Made by a program: the position numbers and the translations under genes. The notes under the pieces were generated by a model. It saw only the letters and a program-made list of their open reading frames with translations, made no database searches and was not told the origin of the DNA. A DNA stretch of 63,880 nucleotides, filler included, from Phoronis australis (taxonomy: Eukaryota; Animalia; Phoronida): NCBI GenBank assembly GCA_002633005.1. It is 4 parts of 4 records of this genome, joined end to end, with 100 filler letters (N's around TTAATTAATTAA, not from the genome) between each part and the next. Parts side by side here need not be neighbours in the genome. Positions count along the whole stretch, not along the records: positions 1 to 26,630 come from NMRA01001134.1; 3 more parts are not named here. One strand, 5' to 3'. Positions 1 through 13,648 of this stretch are shown piece by piece; position 1 is the stretch's first letter; each line of letters starts with the position of its first letter.

Positions 1-1198
1 GATGCCAGTAACCAACCTTTATACTTTCAAAATTCATATCAAAATGCTGAAACAAGTAGTTCAGGTCTCTTTTAAGACTAAATCAGGTGTTTTATTTTGT
101 AAAGTTAAAAATAAAATAAATAAACACAGCCGAACTGGATTGTTGGTTCTCTAACTAATTTTACTTTGAGTCATCGAGGTGTTCGTGATAGAGCTTGTGC
201 AGAATGAAGGCGTAGCTTTGAGCAAAACAAGCTTAAAGGAAAACCTGCGTCTCAACACTCTATGCCTATCGGATAGAATGTGCATTTTGAACGTGCAATC
301 TTTGTTCATTAACACAGGTTTTTCAGTGCACAAGCGTGAACGGGTGTTGATAAGCAACATTCGTTGTCCAAAAATTGACGTAAAATATAACCCTAAAAAT
401 AAAAAATAAGTAAACGTTCTAGTTCAAAATATTTAATGTGCGAAATTATGTCAAATTGTTCCTACAAAAAATAAAACTATACATTAAAACTTACTGACAA
501 GTTTTAAAAATATTTAATAAGGGGACTCAGGTCTCTTTTTAATCCACTCAGCAATCTTTGGCTCCGCGTAGAAGCGCTGCATATGGGCTGTGAGCTTTGT
601 GAATTTCTTGAGTTCTTCCTCTGGAGGGCCCTTCAGCCAGGACAGGCCACTGACGACGTGTGCGTCGGCGAGCGATGGCTAAAAAAGTTAAAATAAAAAT
701 TACTTTTTTCTTGGGTTCCAGGTCGTGACTGATTCGTTGTAGAATAAATATCAAATTGATTTAATTTAGAGACAGTTTCTCAAGAACTTTTAACGTCGAA
801 GGGCAATTTTTCAGAACACTTAAGCAAAGATTCGGACACCGTGGAACTTCATTAGATCACTTTTGCATCGCTTGAGGTTTTGAAAAGTGCCTTTGGCTGA
901 GTTCCGTTTATCGAAGACATTAGCCATACATTCGTGGCGTGAAAACGTCGTTAATGGAACAGAAAACAGTGAATTATATCCCATATTTTATGAATGTTAT
1001 CCCATAAATCAACATTCCAATCACTTCAGTAGCCGCCATTTTGTTGGTAACGCTATTAGGGTCTCGAGCATACTCGCTAAGCACTCTTGAGATTTTGCGT
1101 GATCTAGCGTAATCTCGTTTTTTCGCAATGAGTGAAAGTTATGTATTTGTTTTGCGACCAGTGAATGCAAAGAATATAAAACAAATCTAACAAAATAC

Positions 1199-1306
1199 CT
1201 TATTTCCAACGAACCAACCATTGCCACCATTGTTTGCTGAGAGCATTTTTTCCACCTTTGACAACAACACTGGTAACCTTTCCAAGTATTTCGCCATTAA
1301 ATCTGC
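1199..1306 (-). CDS. GST sigma-like, fourth coding exon (terminal exon not found in the window)
   Basis: ttttgtag|GCA...AAG|gtattt, 108 nt, phase 0-0. Encodes ADLMAKYLERLPVLLSKVEKMLSANNGGNGWFVGNK; the NGG.G.FVG motif precedes the expected xTxAD N-cap box. Confidence 0.93.
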
Positions 1307-1436
1307 CTACAAAACGAAGGTATACTACAATACTTTGCAAACATTTTTCCTTATGATCAGAGTCCTTACATTGAATAATTCTCTTGCGCACATAATGTAA
1401 TGAAATGGATTCAGGATGATAAGGACACGGTTTTAC

Positions 1437-1552
1437 CTTTCTTGCCTCGTCTTGTTCACGCACTATGGTTAACAAAGGGGAAGTAATGTCATCAAGACAC
1501 CCCGTTATCATGTCAATGGTGAACTGCTCTTTCTTGGAGCTTCCCATCAGGC
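1437..1552 (-). CDS. GST sigma-like, third coding exon
   Basis: ttttcag|GC CTG...AAG|gtaaaa, 116 nt, phase 1-0. Encodes (G)LMGSSKKEQFTIDMITGCLDDITSPLLTIVREQDEARK. Confidence 0.93.
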
Positions 1553-1712
1553 CTGAAAATAGAATGCATCAATCTTACATTCGAAAGAAACGGGTAACAT
1601 GGGTACTGCCCAAATGGCCAGTCAGTCATGGTGTCGAGGCAAATGTTAAGGGCAAACGCCATTATAATATTTCAGACAGTATTTTCAAAGGCCAATTAAT
1701 ATAAGTACTCAC

Positions 1713-1805
1713 CAAATTCCGTGGCCAGGTATCTGCCTATTGTCCCACTTTGACATAAGCGAAAGTCGTCTACTTTCAGTTCGGGAAGCCCACTGAACAA
1801 CAACT
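1713..1805 (-). CDS. GST sigma-like, second coding exon
   Basis: cag|AG TTG...TTT G|gtgagt, 93 nt, phase 1-1. Encodes (E)LLFSGLPELKVDDFRLCQSGTIGRYLATEF(G), with the cis-Pro and QS..I.RYLA motifs. Confidence 0.95.
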
Positions 1806-2924
1806 CTGCGATAGAATAATAATTTTTAAAAAGATGATTCAATTAAGTTCCTTGATGGCAACTACTAAAAATTGTTATATTCTAATAATTGTCCAACATA
1901 TTGGCTGCCACACTATGAAAGAAAATTATTATTTCGTATTTCTTAAATCATTTCATTTTAGAAACTCCTAGTTGTCCCGTATACTGTCAGTCACATTTTC
2001 GTTTTACATTCTGCCCACTAATAAGAGCGCTAGTTTTCCCTGAATGAATATGGCAACATAAAAAGTAGTCGATGTCATGAGACTGCAGATAGGTGAAGCA
2101 TCAACACAGGATTAATTCAGGGAAGTTAACCCCAAGGAGTAGACTATAAATGTACACATCACGCCACGATGGAGTTATCTCCCTTTGCAATTATATGGTA
2201 AAAATTGACATATGAGCACCAGAGGTGTTGTCAACTGCAAAAAAAATGGAAGAAGTTTGAAAACGCACTAAAAAGTCTTCTGAAGAAGACTGAAGGCAAA
2301 GACGGCCCGTTTCGAACCACAGAATAAGCTATATGAAGCAGTGAGGCGGCGTTTCAATTCTGCCCAATGAGCAAACGTTTGATTGAAAACACTTACCCCT
2401 GTAAAACATGTGCGTTCGCAGCCTAAAAAGTGGGGGCACGAATATGGACCTTTTACAGGGTACGTTCAGAGCTATGAATTGTGCATTCGCTGAATTTTGG
2501 TAGGTCTTGCCTTTTTACTGGAATTTTGTCTCGTTTTCTATTTTTGCGGAGTTTGTGTTTCTCTGAGACGGACTTTGTGGCCCAATTCGCCAAATGGGGG
2601 GTTCGTTCGAGCCCCCCCTAGCCTCCCTGGGTGCGCCCATGCAAAATACGTCTCACGTGTTCCTTATTCAGACGAGAAGTTATGTATGGCTTTGTAAAGA
2701 ACTGGCAGTTCGTTGAGACCATGTTGGGCGCATGAAATGACACGACGATTAACCAACTACAGGAAGAACCCGATCATTAACGAACTATCAGTTCTTTAGA
2801 AGCCCTGAAATCACGTCCAATTTGAGTAAGAAACAATTCGACACCGAACTCATAACGGTTAAGGGGTCTAAATCAAAATTGCATTTTTGTGATGGAAAGC
2901 GTGTTTATTGCTGTTTCAACTTAC

Positions 2925-3057
2925 CCGGCTTCATTTTTGGAAATTCCTCTTGTCCGACTCGCGTGTCTGTATATTCAACACCAGCAAGGGCAAACAGGTA
3001 TCTGGCGGTTTCGGCACGTCCCCGCAAGTTGAAGTAAGTGAGCTCGTATTTCGGCAT
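2925..3057 (-). CDS. Glutathione S-transferase (sigma-like), first coding exon
   Basis: Translates [44 protein letters not shown] (Y8-F-x-x-R-G-R-A-E GST N-terminal motif). Acceptor ttacag lies 14 nt before the ATG; donor G|gtaagt, phase 1. Confidence 0.95.
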
Positions 3058-4860
3058 TTTTAAGTTTGGAACTGTAAGGAATTGAAGTGAAAAGGTCTTA
3101 ACACGTCAAACGTAAGATAGCGGTTTCCATGACATGAATTTGTCAATTTGTAACAATTGAAATCTCCAAAGAACACGAAAATGTGTTTTTCACCTTACAT
3201 ACATATGTACATAAAAGTTCGGTTCGAAATTACATACGCTCAATCTATAGTTGCCAAAGAAAGAAGGAAACACACCCTTCTCTGAAGCCTGTCGCTATCG
3301 AAGTGCCCGACACATACAGTCGCGCCTGCATGCCCACGCAACAAAGGCGCACTGAGAAGCAGCAAATATTTAGCATAAGAATAAAATGAACAACAACAAC
3401 TAAATACACATAACAATAAACGTACAGTTACTAACGTCCCGTCACAAATTATATTAAACACTCCTTGGATCGACTCATTATCCAGCGACTCCTGACAGCT
3501 CATTCCGGTATTTTTGTGTTGTTTGTAGCACTTCAGGGGTACATAATAAAGCGCAGGACTGCAGTCCTTGTCAGTCAAGCAGAGTAAACCCAGTTATAGT
3601 GAGCTGATTTTTATGATTCCGATTTCGGTTACTTATCATGTTCTACATATTTGTGGAAACCTTTAATTCTTGGAAATGTTTAGTTTTACAAAAACCAATA
3701 ATACTTCGAAGCACGGGCAAGATCGAGTCCTTCTGAAGACTGCCTCTGGCTTTGCAATTTGTTTGATTGTTTGTCTTACCTCATGTACTTTTTACATACT
3801 TGGGATATCCAGAATGTCTACTACTTTTTATAACCCTTAGGCTTGGAACGTTCGATTAACTCCGGCTTAGTTTTGCACATAAGAGAGTCCGAGGTAACTT
3901 GAACTCGCGATGGGCGACGCAAAACTGAAAAAAGTGGCGGGCTGTAGCTCGCCAGCCTCCCATGGCACGCCACCCATGCCCGCTTGTACGTAAACAGGTG
4001 TAGTAGTCAGTGTAATGGACAAATCCATGTAATAATCAAAGCTATGTGCAGAAGTTTTATATACTCCCGTACTACTAGAATAGACTCAGACATTCATAGC
4101 AATGAAAGAAGTACCTGTGTAAGACTACGTGTTGCACTGCACCCTAAGGTCAACTAACGTTGTAAAGTAATCCTCAAAAGCTAAACTTACAGTCGGCGCC
4201 GCACACTGCGATAAAACTCTGATGTTGAACAAGGCACGCACTGAACAAATTACATGTAGCACAGTGCCTTGATAGCCTAAGCCCAAAAGCATACAAACAG
4301 CACGTCTACCTGGGTAACTGCGCCCTCTTCTTAAAATAGTCTGCCCTTTCTCTGTGATTCGTTTACTCAGTAAGTCAAATGAGTCAAATATTTTCAACGC
4401 ATAAAGTACTGTCCATTCGCACTACAGACGCAAACTAAAAGAACAGTGTTTGCCATTTCAACAGTAAAATTTACCATGCAGGCATTTATTGTAAAACTCA
4501 TTTAGTAACCAAAACCTGTTCACGGGCGGCGNGCCCAATTCGCCAAATGGGGGGTTCGTTCGAGCCCCCCCTAGCCTCCCTGGGTGCGCCCATGCAAAAT
4601 ACGTCTCACGTGTTCCTTATTAAGACAAGAAGTTATGTATGGCTTTGTAAAGAACTGGCAGTTCGTTGAGACCATGTTGGGCGCATGAAATGACACGACG
4701 ATTAACCAACTACAGGAAGAACCCGATCATTAACGAACTATAAGTTCTTTAGAAGCCCTGAAATCACGTCCAATTTGAGTAAGAAACAATTTGACACCGA
4801 ACTCATAACGGTTAAGGGGTCTAAATCAAAATTGCATTTTTGTGATGGAAAGCGTGTTTA

Positions 4861-5058
<198 letters not shown>

Positions 5059-6855
5059 TCAAACGTAAGATAGCGGTTTCCATGACATGAATTTGTCAAT
5101 TTGTAATAATTGAAATCTCCAAAGAACACCAAAATGTGTATTTTACCTTACACATACATGTCCATTAAAGTTCGGTTTGAAATTACATACGCTCAATCTA
5201 TAGTTGCCAAAGAAAGAAGGAAACACACCCTTCTCTGAAGCCTGTCGCTATCGAAGTGCCCGACACATACAGTCGCGCCTGCATGTCCACGCAACAAAGG
5301 CGCACTGAGAAGCAGCAAATATTTAGCATAAGAATAAAATGAACAATAACAACTAAATACGCATAACAATAAACGTACAGTTACTAACGTCCCGTCACAA
5401 TTTATATTAAACACTCCTTGGATCGACTCATTATCCAGCGACTCCTGACAGCTCATTCCGGTATTTTTGTGTTGTTTGTAGCACTTCAGGGGTACATAAT
5501 AAAGCGCAGGACTGCAGTCCTTGTCAGTCAAGCAGAGTAAACCCAGTTATAGTGAGCTGACTTTTATGATTCCGATTCCGGTTACTTATCATGTTCTACA
5601 TATTTGTGGAAACCTATAATTCTTGGAAATGTTTAGTTTTACAAAAACCAATAATACTTCGAAACACGGGCAAGATCGAGTCCTTCTGAAGACTGCCTCT
5701 GGCTTTGCAATTTGTTTGATTGTTTGTCTTACCTCATGTACTTTTTACATACTTTGGATATCCAGAATGTGTACTACTTTTTATAACCCTTAGGCTTGGA
5801 ACGTTCGATTAACTCCGGCTTAGTTTTGCACATAAGAGAGTCCGAGGTAACTTGAACTCGCGATGGGCGACGCAAAACTGAAAAAAGTGGCGGGCTGTAG
5901 CTCGCCAGCCTCCTATGGCACGCCACCCATGCCCGCTTGTACGTAAGCAGGTGTAGCAGTCAGTGTAATGGACAAATCCATGTAATAATCAAAGCTATGT
6001 GCAGAAGTTTTATATACTCCCGTACTACTAGAATAGACTCAGACAATAGCAATGAAAGAAGTACCTGTGTAAGACTACGTGTTGCACTGCGCCCTAAGGT
6101 CAACTAACGTTGTAAAATAATCCTCAAAAGCTAAACTTACAGTCGGCGCCGCACACTGCGATAAAACTCTGATGTTGAACAAGGCACGCACTGAACAAAT
6201 TACATGTAGCACAGTGCCTTGATAGCCCAAGATAAGCCCAAAAGCATACAAACAGCACGTCTACCTGGGTAACTGCGCCCTCTTCTTAAAATAGTCTGCC
6301 CTTTCTCTGTGATTCGTTTACTCAGTAAGACAAATGAGTCAAATATTTTCAACGCATAAAGTACTGTCCATTCGCACTACAGACGCAAACTAAAAGAACA
6401 GTGTTTGCCATTTCAACAGTAAAATTTACCATGCAGGCATTTATTGTAAAACTCATTTAGTAACCAAAACCTGTTCACGGGCGGCGGGGGCTACAGCTCC
6501 CCTCCGCCGTTCACTTTTTCAGTGTTGCTCCACCCATGATTACACATGTAGCATACGTATACTATAGAAGTTACGACCACTCAAGACTGAGACACTATTG
6601 AACTGATTAGCCTCTGACATTAAATGGCCCGCATTGACCCATTTTCCTCTACTATGCCTGGTAGCTGTTGTATCGATAGCGTTCACCTGGCTCGATCGAG
6701 CTCCATTAGAAGTGTTTCTTTATGACCGAGCGAGGCTAAATATTCTAAGTTTGTCTAAGGTTAGATTTTTTCAGATTCTAAAGGACAATTTTTGATTGAG
6801 TATGTGAATATTGACACCTTAAAGGATAATGCAAAACGTTCGGACTGAACCTTAC

Positions 6856-6920
6856 CTTGCTTGCTTTGACGCGTTTCTGTGACACGAGTGACTGGGGTCA
6901 CTAATGCTGCTTCTATTATA
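6856..6920 (-). promoter_or_regulatory. Candidate GST core promoter and non-coding first exon
   Basis: Minus-strand TATAATAGA at 6920-6912, Inr-like CCAGTCA ~27 nt downstream, and a strong donor CAAG|gtaagg at 6856/6855. The first coding exon has an acceptor upstream of its ATG, which implies a UTR exon. Confidence 0.5.
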
Positions 6921-7998
6921 CGCGCAAATCTACTTAGTCATGCTTGCAGCAATGGAAAATCATCGTCAGGGCATCAATGAGGCACAGGTATCAATCACCT
7001 GTATTGTAATACTAAATACCGGTACACTATTTTTATTATCCTTACTCATTGAAGCTTATTTATGCCATGTCATTCAGAAATTGCATTGTCGTGTTCCTAA
7101 TCAGAGGTCGGGAAGGATATACTTGTTCAAGTTTGTTGACCCAACACATTGTAAACGTTTTTGTTTTGTATGATAAGGAGGGGCAAGATTGGCACTTGGT
7201 ACCGGGGATTTTGGAAATGGGCAAAAGTACGGTCATTTGCGTATTTTCGGCAACTCTGCAAGTTATTAAAATCTGTTAGATTGTTCTAAAATAGGCATGT
7301 AATATGTTTTGATATAAAAGTTATTTATTTTGACAAGGTATTATATTTGGGCACTGCGCTCACTCAAATGACACGACACGTGATTAAAGTCCTTCTCTCA
7401 CGCGTTGTTAACCCTTATTACACGGTTAGAGGATGTTATAAGGATCCAAGAAGTACCTACCCCATAACTAATACACAATCCGTACTCGAAAAAAGTTTAA
7501 ATGAACGCGCCACTCACGATTCGCACCCGAAGAACCACCGCCATTTTGAATTTGCCGCGAACCCGGAAGTACAATTCATTCAGGAACCCAGGCTAAGAAA
7601 ACTCTCTCGGTGTGAGTGCCTGTTACCAGCCTGCAAACGGGGATAAAGTAATCGACAGCGGGCCTTAATTTTAATAAAATCAAAATACGGACAATTTTAT
7701 CGAATTTGCTGAAGAAATGTGGCGAATAAATTTTGACAGAAATTATTTTGCCAGACTCGGGACCGCAGCCTATCGGACCCGGTGCGGATCGAGACCAGAC
7801 ACTGGCGAACGATATATGCATGCGGTTGCAAGCTGTTTTGTCGAAGTAAAATGGTCAAATCATAAATGCTGCATATATTCAAGGGTAGTTTCAGATACTT
7901 GCATGAAATTACGGGCTGGTTAGACCTGTGTCACACTGCCGCGGCAGACCTTAGTTAGCCTTAGTGCCAGCTACCAGTGAAGACTATCGTCAAAATAC

Positions 7999-8310
7999 CC
8001 CTTACAAAAATGAACTTTTCATCGAAAAACTTAAGTTTTTGGTCTGAAAAACTTAAGTTTTCATTCCCGAAAACTTAAGTTTTTGGCGAAAACTTAAGTA
8101 TTTTGGAACAAGTTTTTTGGAACGAACTTAAGTTTTCATAACTTAAGTTTTCAAAAACTTAAGTTTTTCAAAAACTTAAGTTCTGAAAACTTAAGTTTTT
8201 CAAAAACTTAAGTTCTGAAAACTTAAGTTTTTCAAAAACTTAAGTTCTGAAAACTTAAGTTTTTCAAAAACTTAAGTTCTGAAAACTTAAGTTTTTCAAA
8301 AACTTAAGTT
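7999..8310. repeat. CCCTTACAAAA-terminated element filled with AAAACTTAAGTTTT palindromic repeats, running into a gap
   Basis: Begins cccttacaaaaatgaac and ends as a perfect 32-bp dimer aaaacttaagttctgaaaacttaagtttttca. The homologous site at ~10097 lacks it. Confidence 0.85.
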
Positions 8311-8644
8311 NNNNNNNNNNNNNNNNNNNNNNNNNNNNNNNNNNNNNNNNNNNNNNNNNNNNNNNNNNNNNNNNNNNNNNNNNNNNNNNNNNNNNNNNNN
8401 NNNNNNNNNNNNNNNNNNNNNNNNNNNNNNNNNNNNNNNNNNNNNNNNNNNNNNNNNNNNNNNNNNNNNNNNNNNNNNNNNNNNNNNNNNNNNNNNNNNN
8501 NNNNNNNNNNNNNNNNNNNNNNNNNNNNNNNNNNNNNNNNNNNNNNNNNNNNNNNNNNNNNNNNNNNNNNNNNNNNNNNNNNNNNNNNNNNNNNNNNNNN
8601 NNNNNNNNNNNNNNNNNNNNNNNNNNNNNNNNNNNNNNNNNNNN

Positions 8645-8731
8645 TAAATAATTGAGTACATCTTTTCGTTTTTCATGGAGACCCAGCCCTCTGCAGTTCA
8701 ATGACGTTACTTTAAGTTCACCTGTCATCAT
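8645..8731 (-). pseudogene. L1/Tx1-type LINE ORF2 endonuclease N-terminus
   Basis: MMTGELKVTSLNCRGLGLHEKRKDVLNYL matches the APE-endonuclease start motif (S.N.RGL...KR..V..YL); truncated by the gap. Confidence 0.8.
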
Positions 8732-11700
8732 TACAACGGTTATGCACATATATCAAATGACAATCAAATAATAATGGTACAATCCTGACCCATTCACACC
8801 ACATACACACAAAACAAAACAAAAACAATACAAACACATCCACGAGCACATCATAGATTTCACAGAGTGCAACATCGATGTGAAATATGATGTAACATAG
8901 GATAGAAAAACTGATCCTCATCGTAAGGCTTATTCTCCCAGTATTTTTCATAATGAGACTATAATAAAAACATTTAGAAGCATTGCCCACACGGTCTCAT
9001 ACAAAAAACAAGTAGAACGAAATTTAAGGATAACTACATTTCAGTAAAGTGATTTGGCTCTATAGTATGGGTTTGAGACTTGTCGGGACGCCCGCACAGA
9101 GCAAACAGATCACACACATAAAAATAATGAGGTTGCCCGCACTCTGTGGCTACACGCAATACAAAGCCCTCTCATAAATAGCCTCCCAGATAGATTGCCC
9201 AGCATGAAGCTATATGACGCTTAGACCAAAACAGAACAAAATAGGACACAGCTACAACAATAAGACTACGCGACACGGTTGTCACGAACTTTGACATAGC
9301 CTGCGTAGCAGGTATATGTTTGCTGTGAAAACGATACGTTGGGCACAACGGCTAACGTGAAGAAAAAAATAGGCTAATCATATACACAGTAATGGCTACC
9401 CGGGAAGTATGAGAAGTACATTTGTACTGAGGTCTCTCAACAGGGTCCCAAGTACCTGACAATTATGGTAGGCTACACTTGTAGTTTGGCAATTGCACAT
9501 GGAGTACAGAAGCAGTTCAAAGGTTAAATGGATAATGCAAAGCATTGGAATTACCGTATAACTCAATCAACTTTACGGAAAAAGGAAAATTAAGCCATCT
9601 TTCATGCAGACTATAGTACAAAAGTGAGTAATCTTACCAAAAGCTGAATACAAGACGTTGGAAACTATTGCACTACTGTATTATGTTCTGGCTTGCGAGT
9701 ATAATGTTGATCTGACAAATTAGATGCCCTGTAAATCTTCCATGCTGCTCACCGGCGCGCCTTAATTTTAATAAAATCAAAATACGGACAATTTTATCGA
9801 ATTTGCTGAAGAAATGTGGCGAATAAATTTTGACAGAAATTATTTTGCCAGACTCGGGACCGCAGCCTATCGGACCCGGTGCGGATCGAGACCAGACACT
9901 GGCGAAGGGTAAACGCATGCGGTTGCATGCTGTTTTGTCGAAGTAAAATGGTCAAATCATAAATGCTGCATATATTCAAGGGTAGTTTCTGATACTTGCA
10001 TGAAATTACGGGCTGGTTAGTCCTGTGTCACACTGCCGCCGCAGACCTTAGTTAGCCTCAGTGCCAGCTACCAGTGAAGACTATCGTCAAAATACAGCTT
10101 TTTAGTAGGCCTATACAGCTTTGCGCCAAGGCTACCCTTAGGCCTAACTGGTCGCTGGCTGCAGCGCTCGCTCGAACGAGGTTTATTTAGAACTTGGGTA
10201 CTTCTGGCGAACTGTGCAAAGTTATTGGCTTTCAAAAGAGATTTTCCCAGACTTTGTATGAGCGCACCAAGCCTAAAAGAATGGCTGGAATTTTTGTGAA
10301 TGTCTATCTTTTACTGTAAGATTCAGTGGGTATGCTCAGAGCTATGAATTAAAGACGCTAAATTTTGGTACTTCCTGTCTTCTAGTGGAATTTTGTCTCA
10401 TTTTCTACTTTTTTCGGAATTCGGGCTTCTCTGTCTGAGGCAGACCTTTTTCCAGTTCTCCAAAAAGGGAGCTCCTTAGAGCACATAAGTATGGGAAGTC
10501 CAATACAAAATGTTATCATTTTTATTCATTAACCCAAAATGATTCAAACTTTTTAAAATTATACGTAACTTAAAATGCACAATACTTTACAACATTTAGC
10601 ATTACAAACACTATTCAACAGCAAGTTTCCATGATATGAAAGTGGACATACATGTAACTATTACCATGGTGACGGAATAGTGTTTCCTTACACCAGAATT
10701 TGACAAGCATCATTTAAAAAAATATCAAGTTGCAAGGAACAAGAATTAGAGGCTTGAAGCTTCACAATCCAACATACCTTATTTCTCAAATTAAGATTAT
10801 TCATATTGTTGACTTGATAACCTGAACTAAGAAGCAATAAGTTACAAAACATGACTTGAAAGCAATTGAGACTTAAAATTTAGAAAAATATGAATCATTT
10901 TGTGACACCGAATCAAGTCCTGAACAGCAGTTGACAGTCAAACAAAAAACCATTTCAAAATTATTTCAACTATTTTTTAGCTTTGTGTAAGATCACCTGA
11001 ATGGGAAATTTACAGTAAAAAATTCGAATACATCTTATATTTTTGCACAAAAACTGAACAAAGTTTCTTTTTTGTAGCAACGTTTGTCAAAATGTATCAA
11101 CGTTAAATATTCACAAATTACAAAGTAGCCGATTGAACATGCCTTTCAGTTCAGCAAAAGTCGCCTTGTTGTCGGTGCCGCCAGAAATTAGACGAAGTCC
11201 AACGGGAATTGTGAGCGCATTTATCACTTAATGAGTAACAACTGCGAGGCTGAAATTTGGTGAACACTGTTAAATCGTGCAGAATAGTAAGTAAAGATAT
11301 GTCTAACTAAATTTCACCGTAATTTGTTGGCGAAAACAATTTACACAAATTTTTGAACTCGTAACTTATCCCGCTGCCCTCCAATATGGCCGACGCGATC
11401 CAAAGTGACCCAAATTTCGCCACAAAACTTGCAATAACCTTACACTGCTTGCCCCGATACTTTTTGATTTTTACGGAGTAGAATGCACTACCTTTCCGAT
11501 GATAGCAAAGTACTTTTTCAAAACGAGAAAAAAATAAAACCGAAAAAAATTGGTTCGACTCATATTGGTTCCTAGGTTCGACCGGCCTACGTAAGGAACT
11601 AAACACCAATGCTATTTTAACATACTAAGTACGCGTAACATTCCAAAAAAATCAACGACCACTAACTACAAATTATAAATACAGTACATATGCAAACGAA

Positions 11701-12560
11701 TCACGAGATATTACTAATAAAACAAAATAATGAAGACTTGTCGAGCAAGCGATAGCACATTCAGTTACAAGGAAAAAATGGCGGCGTTCAGGACAAGTTC
11801 CTGAACTGATGAGCCGGAAATGTGGGTACGGAAATAACCGATGACAACCGGTAATCATACGCTCAGAGAGAAGGGTCAAATACTGTTCAAAAATCGCTTT
11901 TGGCTAGAAAGGCGAAAAGAACATAAAGAAAGGGTGTCGAAAATAAGATTTTATGTAGTAAGTATTTTCGGATACTGGAACCACATGGGCAGTTTGAGAG
12001 AAGGACTTTAAAGCGCTGTGTTTGCTGTGTATACGAAATGAGTGTTGACGAATAATATTCTTACCAGTGAGATACTGCAACAGCTATATATATTAAAGGG
12101 GCCTGTTTATTTAAAAAAATTCACGTTTAGATTTTTATGCTTGCTTCAAAAAACTCACATAAGGCTTTTTGCTTACGTCACTCAGTCACTTCCTTCATAC
12201 GAGTGTTGCTATCAGTACAAACAACTAGTACTTAAAATGATCAATGCACATTCCATTTCTTGCAATGAATGTTTTCAGCAACGGTTCGAGTTGCTAATTT
12301 TGCTCCATTTCTTCCCAAGACCACGATAGCGTTACCAGTTCAAAACAAGCTCTAAAAATCCGTGTCAACTTGTTGCACGAAGAGTGAGTGAGTTTGAATG
12401 CTTGTTTTTAAACCATGAGCATTTATTTAACATTTCCTTGCAACCTCAGTTCTGACCCCGAGTGCCACTTGATCACACGTTGGTGGTCGTGCAGGTCAAC
12501 AGTGTGCAGGAGAGGTGTTTCTGTATACACAGAAATGGAACAGAAATAGACTATTCACTA

Positions 12561-12697
12561 CGGCGGCCCAAAGATGACATCTTGCGTTTCTCGAGATCCT
12601 GGGATAATTAAGTCGGGATATCGAGATTTTTTGGTGGGATCTCGAGATCCTGCGATAATTAAAAAAAGAAACGCGTGATGTCGTCTTTGGGCCACCG
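12561..12697. mobile_element. MITE with ~21-bp TIR and TA flanks
   Basis: TA|CGGCGGCCCAAAGATGACATC ... GATGTCGTCTTTGGGCCACCG|TA, with internal TCTCGAGATCC repeats. Confidence 0.8.
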
Positions 12698-13443
12698 TAC
12701 TTTGCCAATAACCTGAAGTTCTTTTTCGGATTTTGGTAGTTGAACGTATCTCATGCTCCGTTGCAAGTAAAGTGACGTAGAAAACGTAAAATATGCTGAA
12801 AATGAATAGCTTGGACGCAGTGATGACCTAGGACTACACACATTTACATAACAGATGTTCACTTCTAAGTACTTCGAAAACAGTTTTGAGTGAATAAAAA
12901 TAGTTATTTACTTTTAAACTGCACCGTGAAATGTTCGACAGTTTCCAAAAATATGTTTGGCGGTGTAGTCGGTTTCATTTGACGTTTTTGAAAAGCCTCT
13001 TTCCAAACATCCACCCGGGGGCTTATCTTCGTAAATTCCCGGTATAGCCTGTTTTGCTTTTGAAACATACATTGTAGAATCATTGCTAGACGGGATCGGC
13101 TTCTTGAAGTTACGAGCTTTGACCAAAACTATGAAACAACAAAATCGGTTTTGTTTTGTGATTTCATAATAAATTTCATAGTAAATCGCCAATGCTTTCC
13201 GTTGTCTTCCAGCCATTCGCTGAAATCACCTTGCTGACTTTACCAGTTTACTTTTAAAAGATACAAAACTCGGTTTTAGTCTATCAACATATATTAAAAA
13301 CGTCTTTCCCATACTGTTCTCTGAAACAAAATAATGCAGTATAACCGTCAACAACCCTAAAAATTTGGAGGAAGTTTGGTAAACAGGCAAGCGTGACCTA
13401 CGCTTTTAGAGAATGGGCTATTTGACGAATTCTTCTCGCGGTT

Positions 13444-13616
13444 TCGCTGCTGTACTAGTGGTGATTGAATTGAGCATGTGTCGCTGTATGCATGTAAACA
13501 GCTGGTAAAAAGACGGAATGGGCTATTCGACACGGTGTCGCTGCTGTACTAGTGGTGATTGGATTGCGCATGCGTCGCTGTCTGCATGTAAATAGCTGGT
13601 AAAAAGACGAAATTGT
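13444..13616. repeat. Two diverged tandem copies of a ~94-bp unit
   Basis: tcgctgctgtactagtggtgattg...agctggtaaaaagacg occurs at 13444 and 13538. Confidence 0.8.
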
Positions 13617-13648
13617 TATCAAAATACGTCGTCGCACTAAGTCTTGCT

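Larger units (their letters stand above)
7388..12007. mobile_element. Kolobok-like non-autonomous DNA transposon with nested insertions
   Basis: Perfect 13-bp TIR AGTCCTTCTCTCA (7388-7400) / TGAGAGAAGGACT (11995-12007), both flanked by TTAA. The segment ~7665-7997 recurs at ~9760-10097, so this may be two partial copies across the gap. Confidence 0.7.

Noticed and set aside
1200-1547. 115-aa ORF as a single-exon gene
   Set aside because: It is GST exon 3 reading through an intron into the wrong frame of exon 4.
8264-8749. Long ORFs spanning N gaps (also 55423, 55450, 26679)
   Set aside because: Length is an artefact of Ns; only the LINE endonuclease start is supported.
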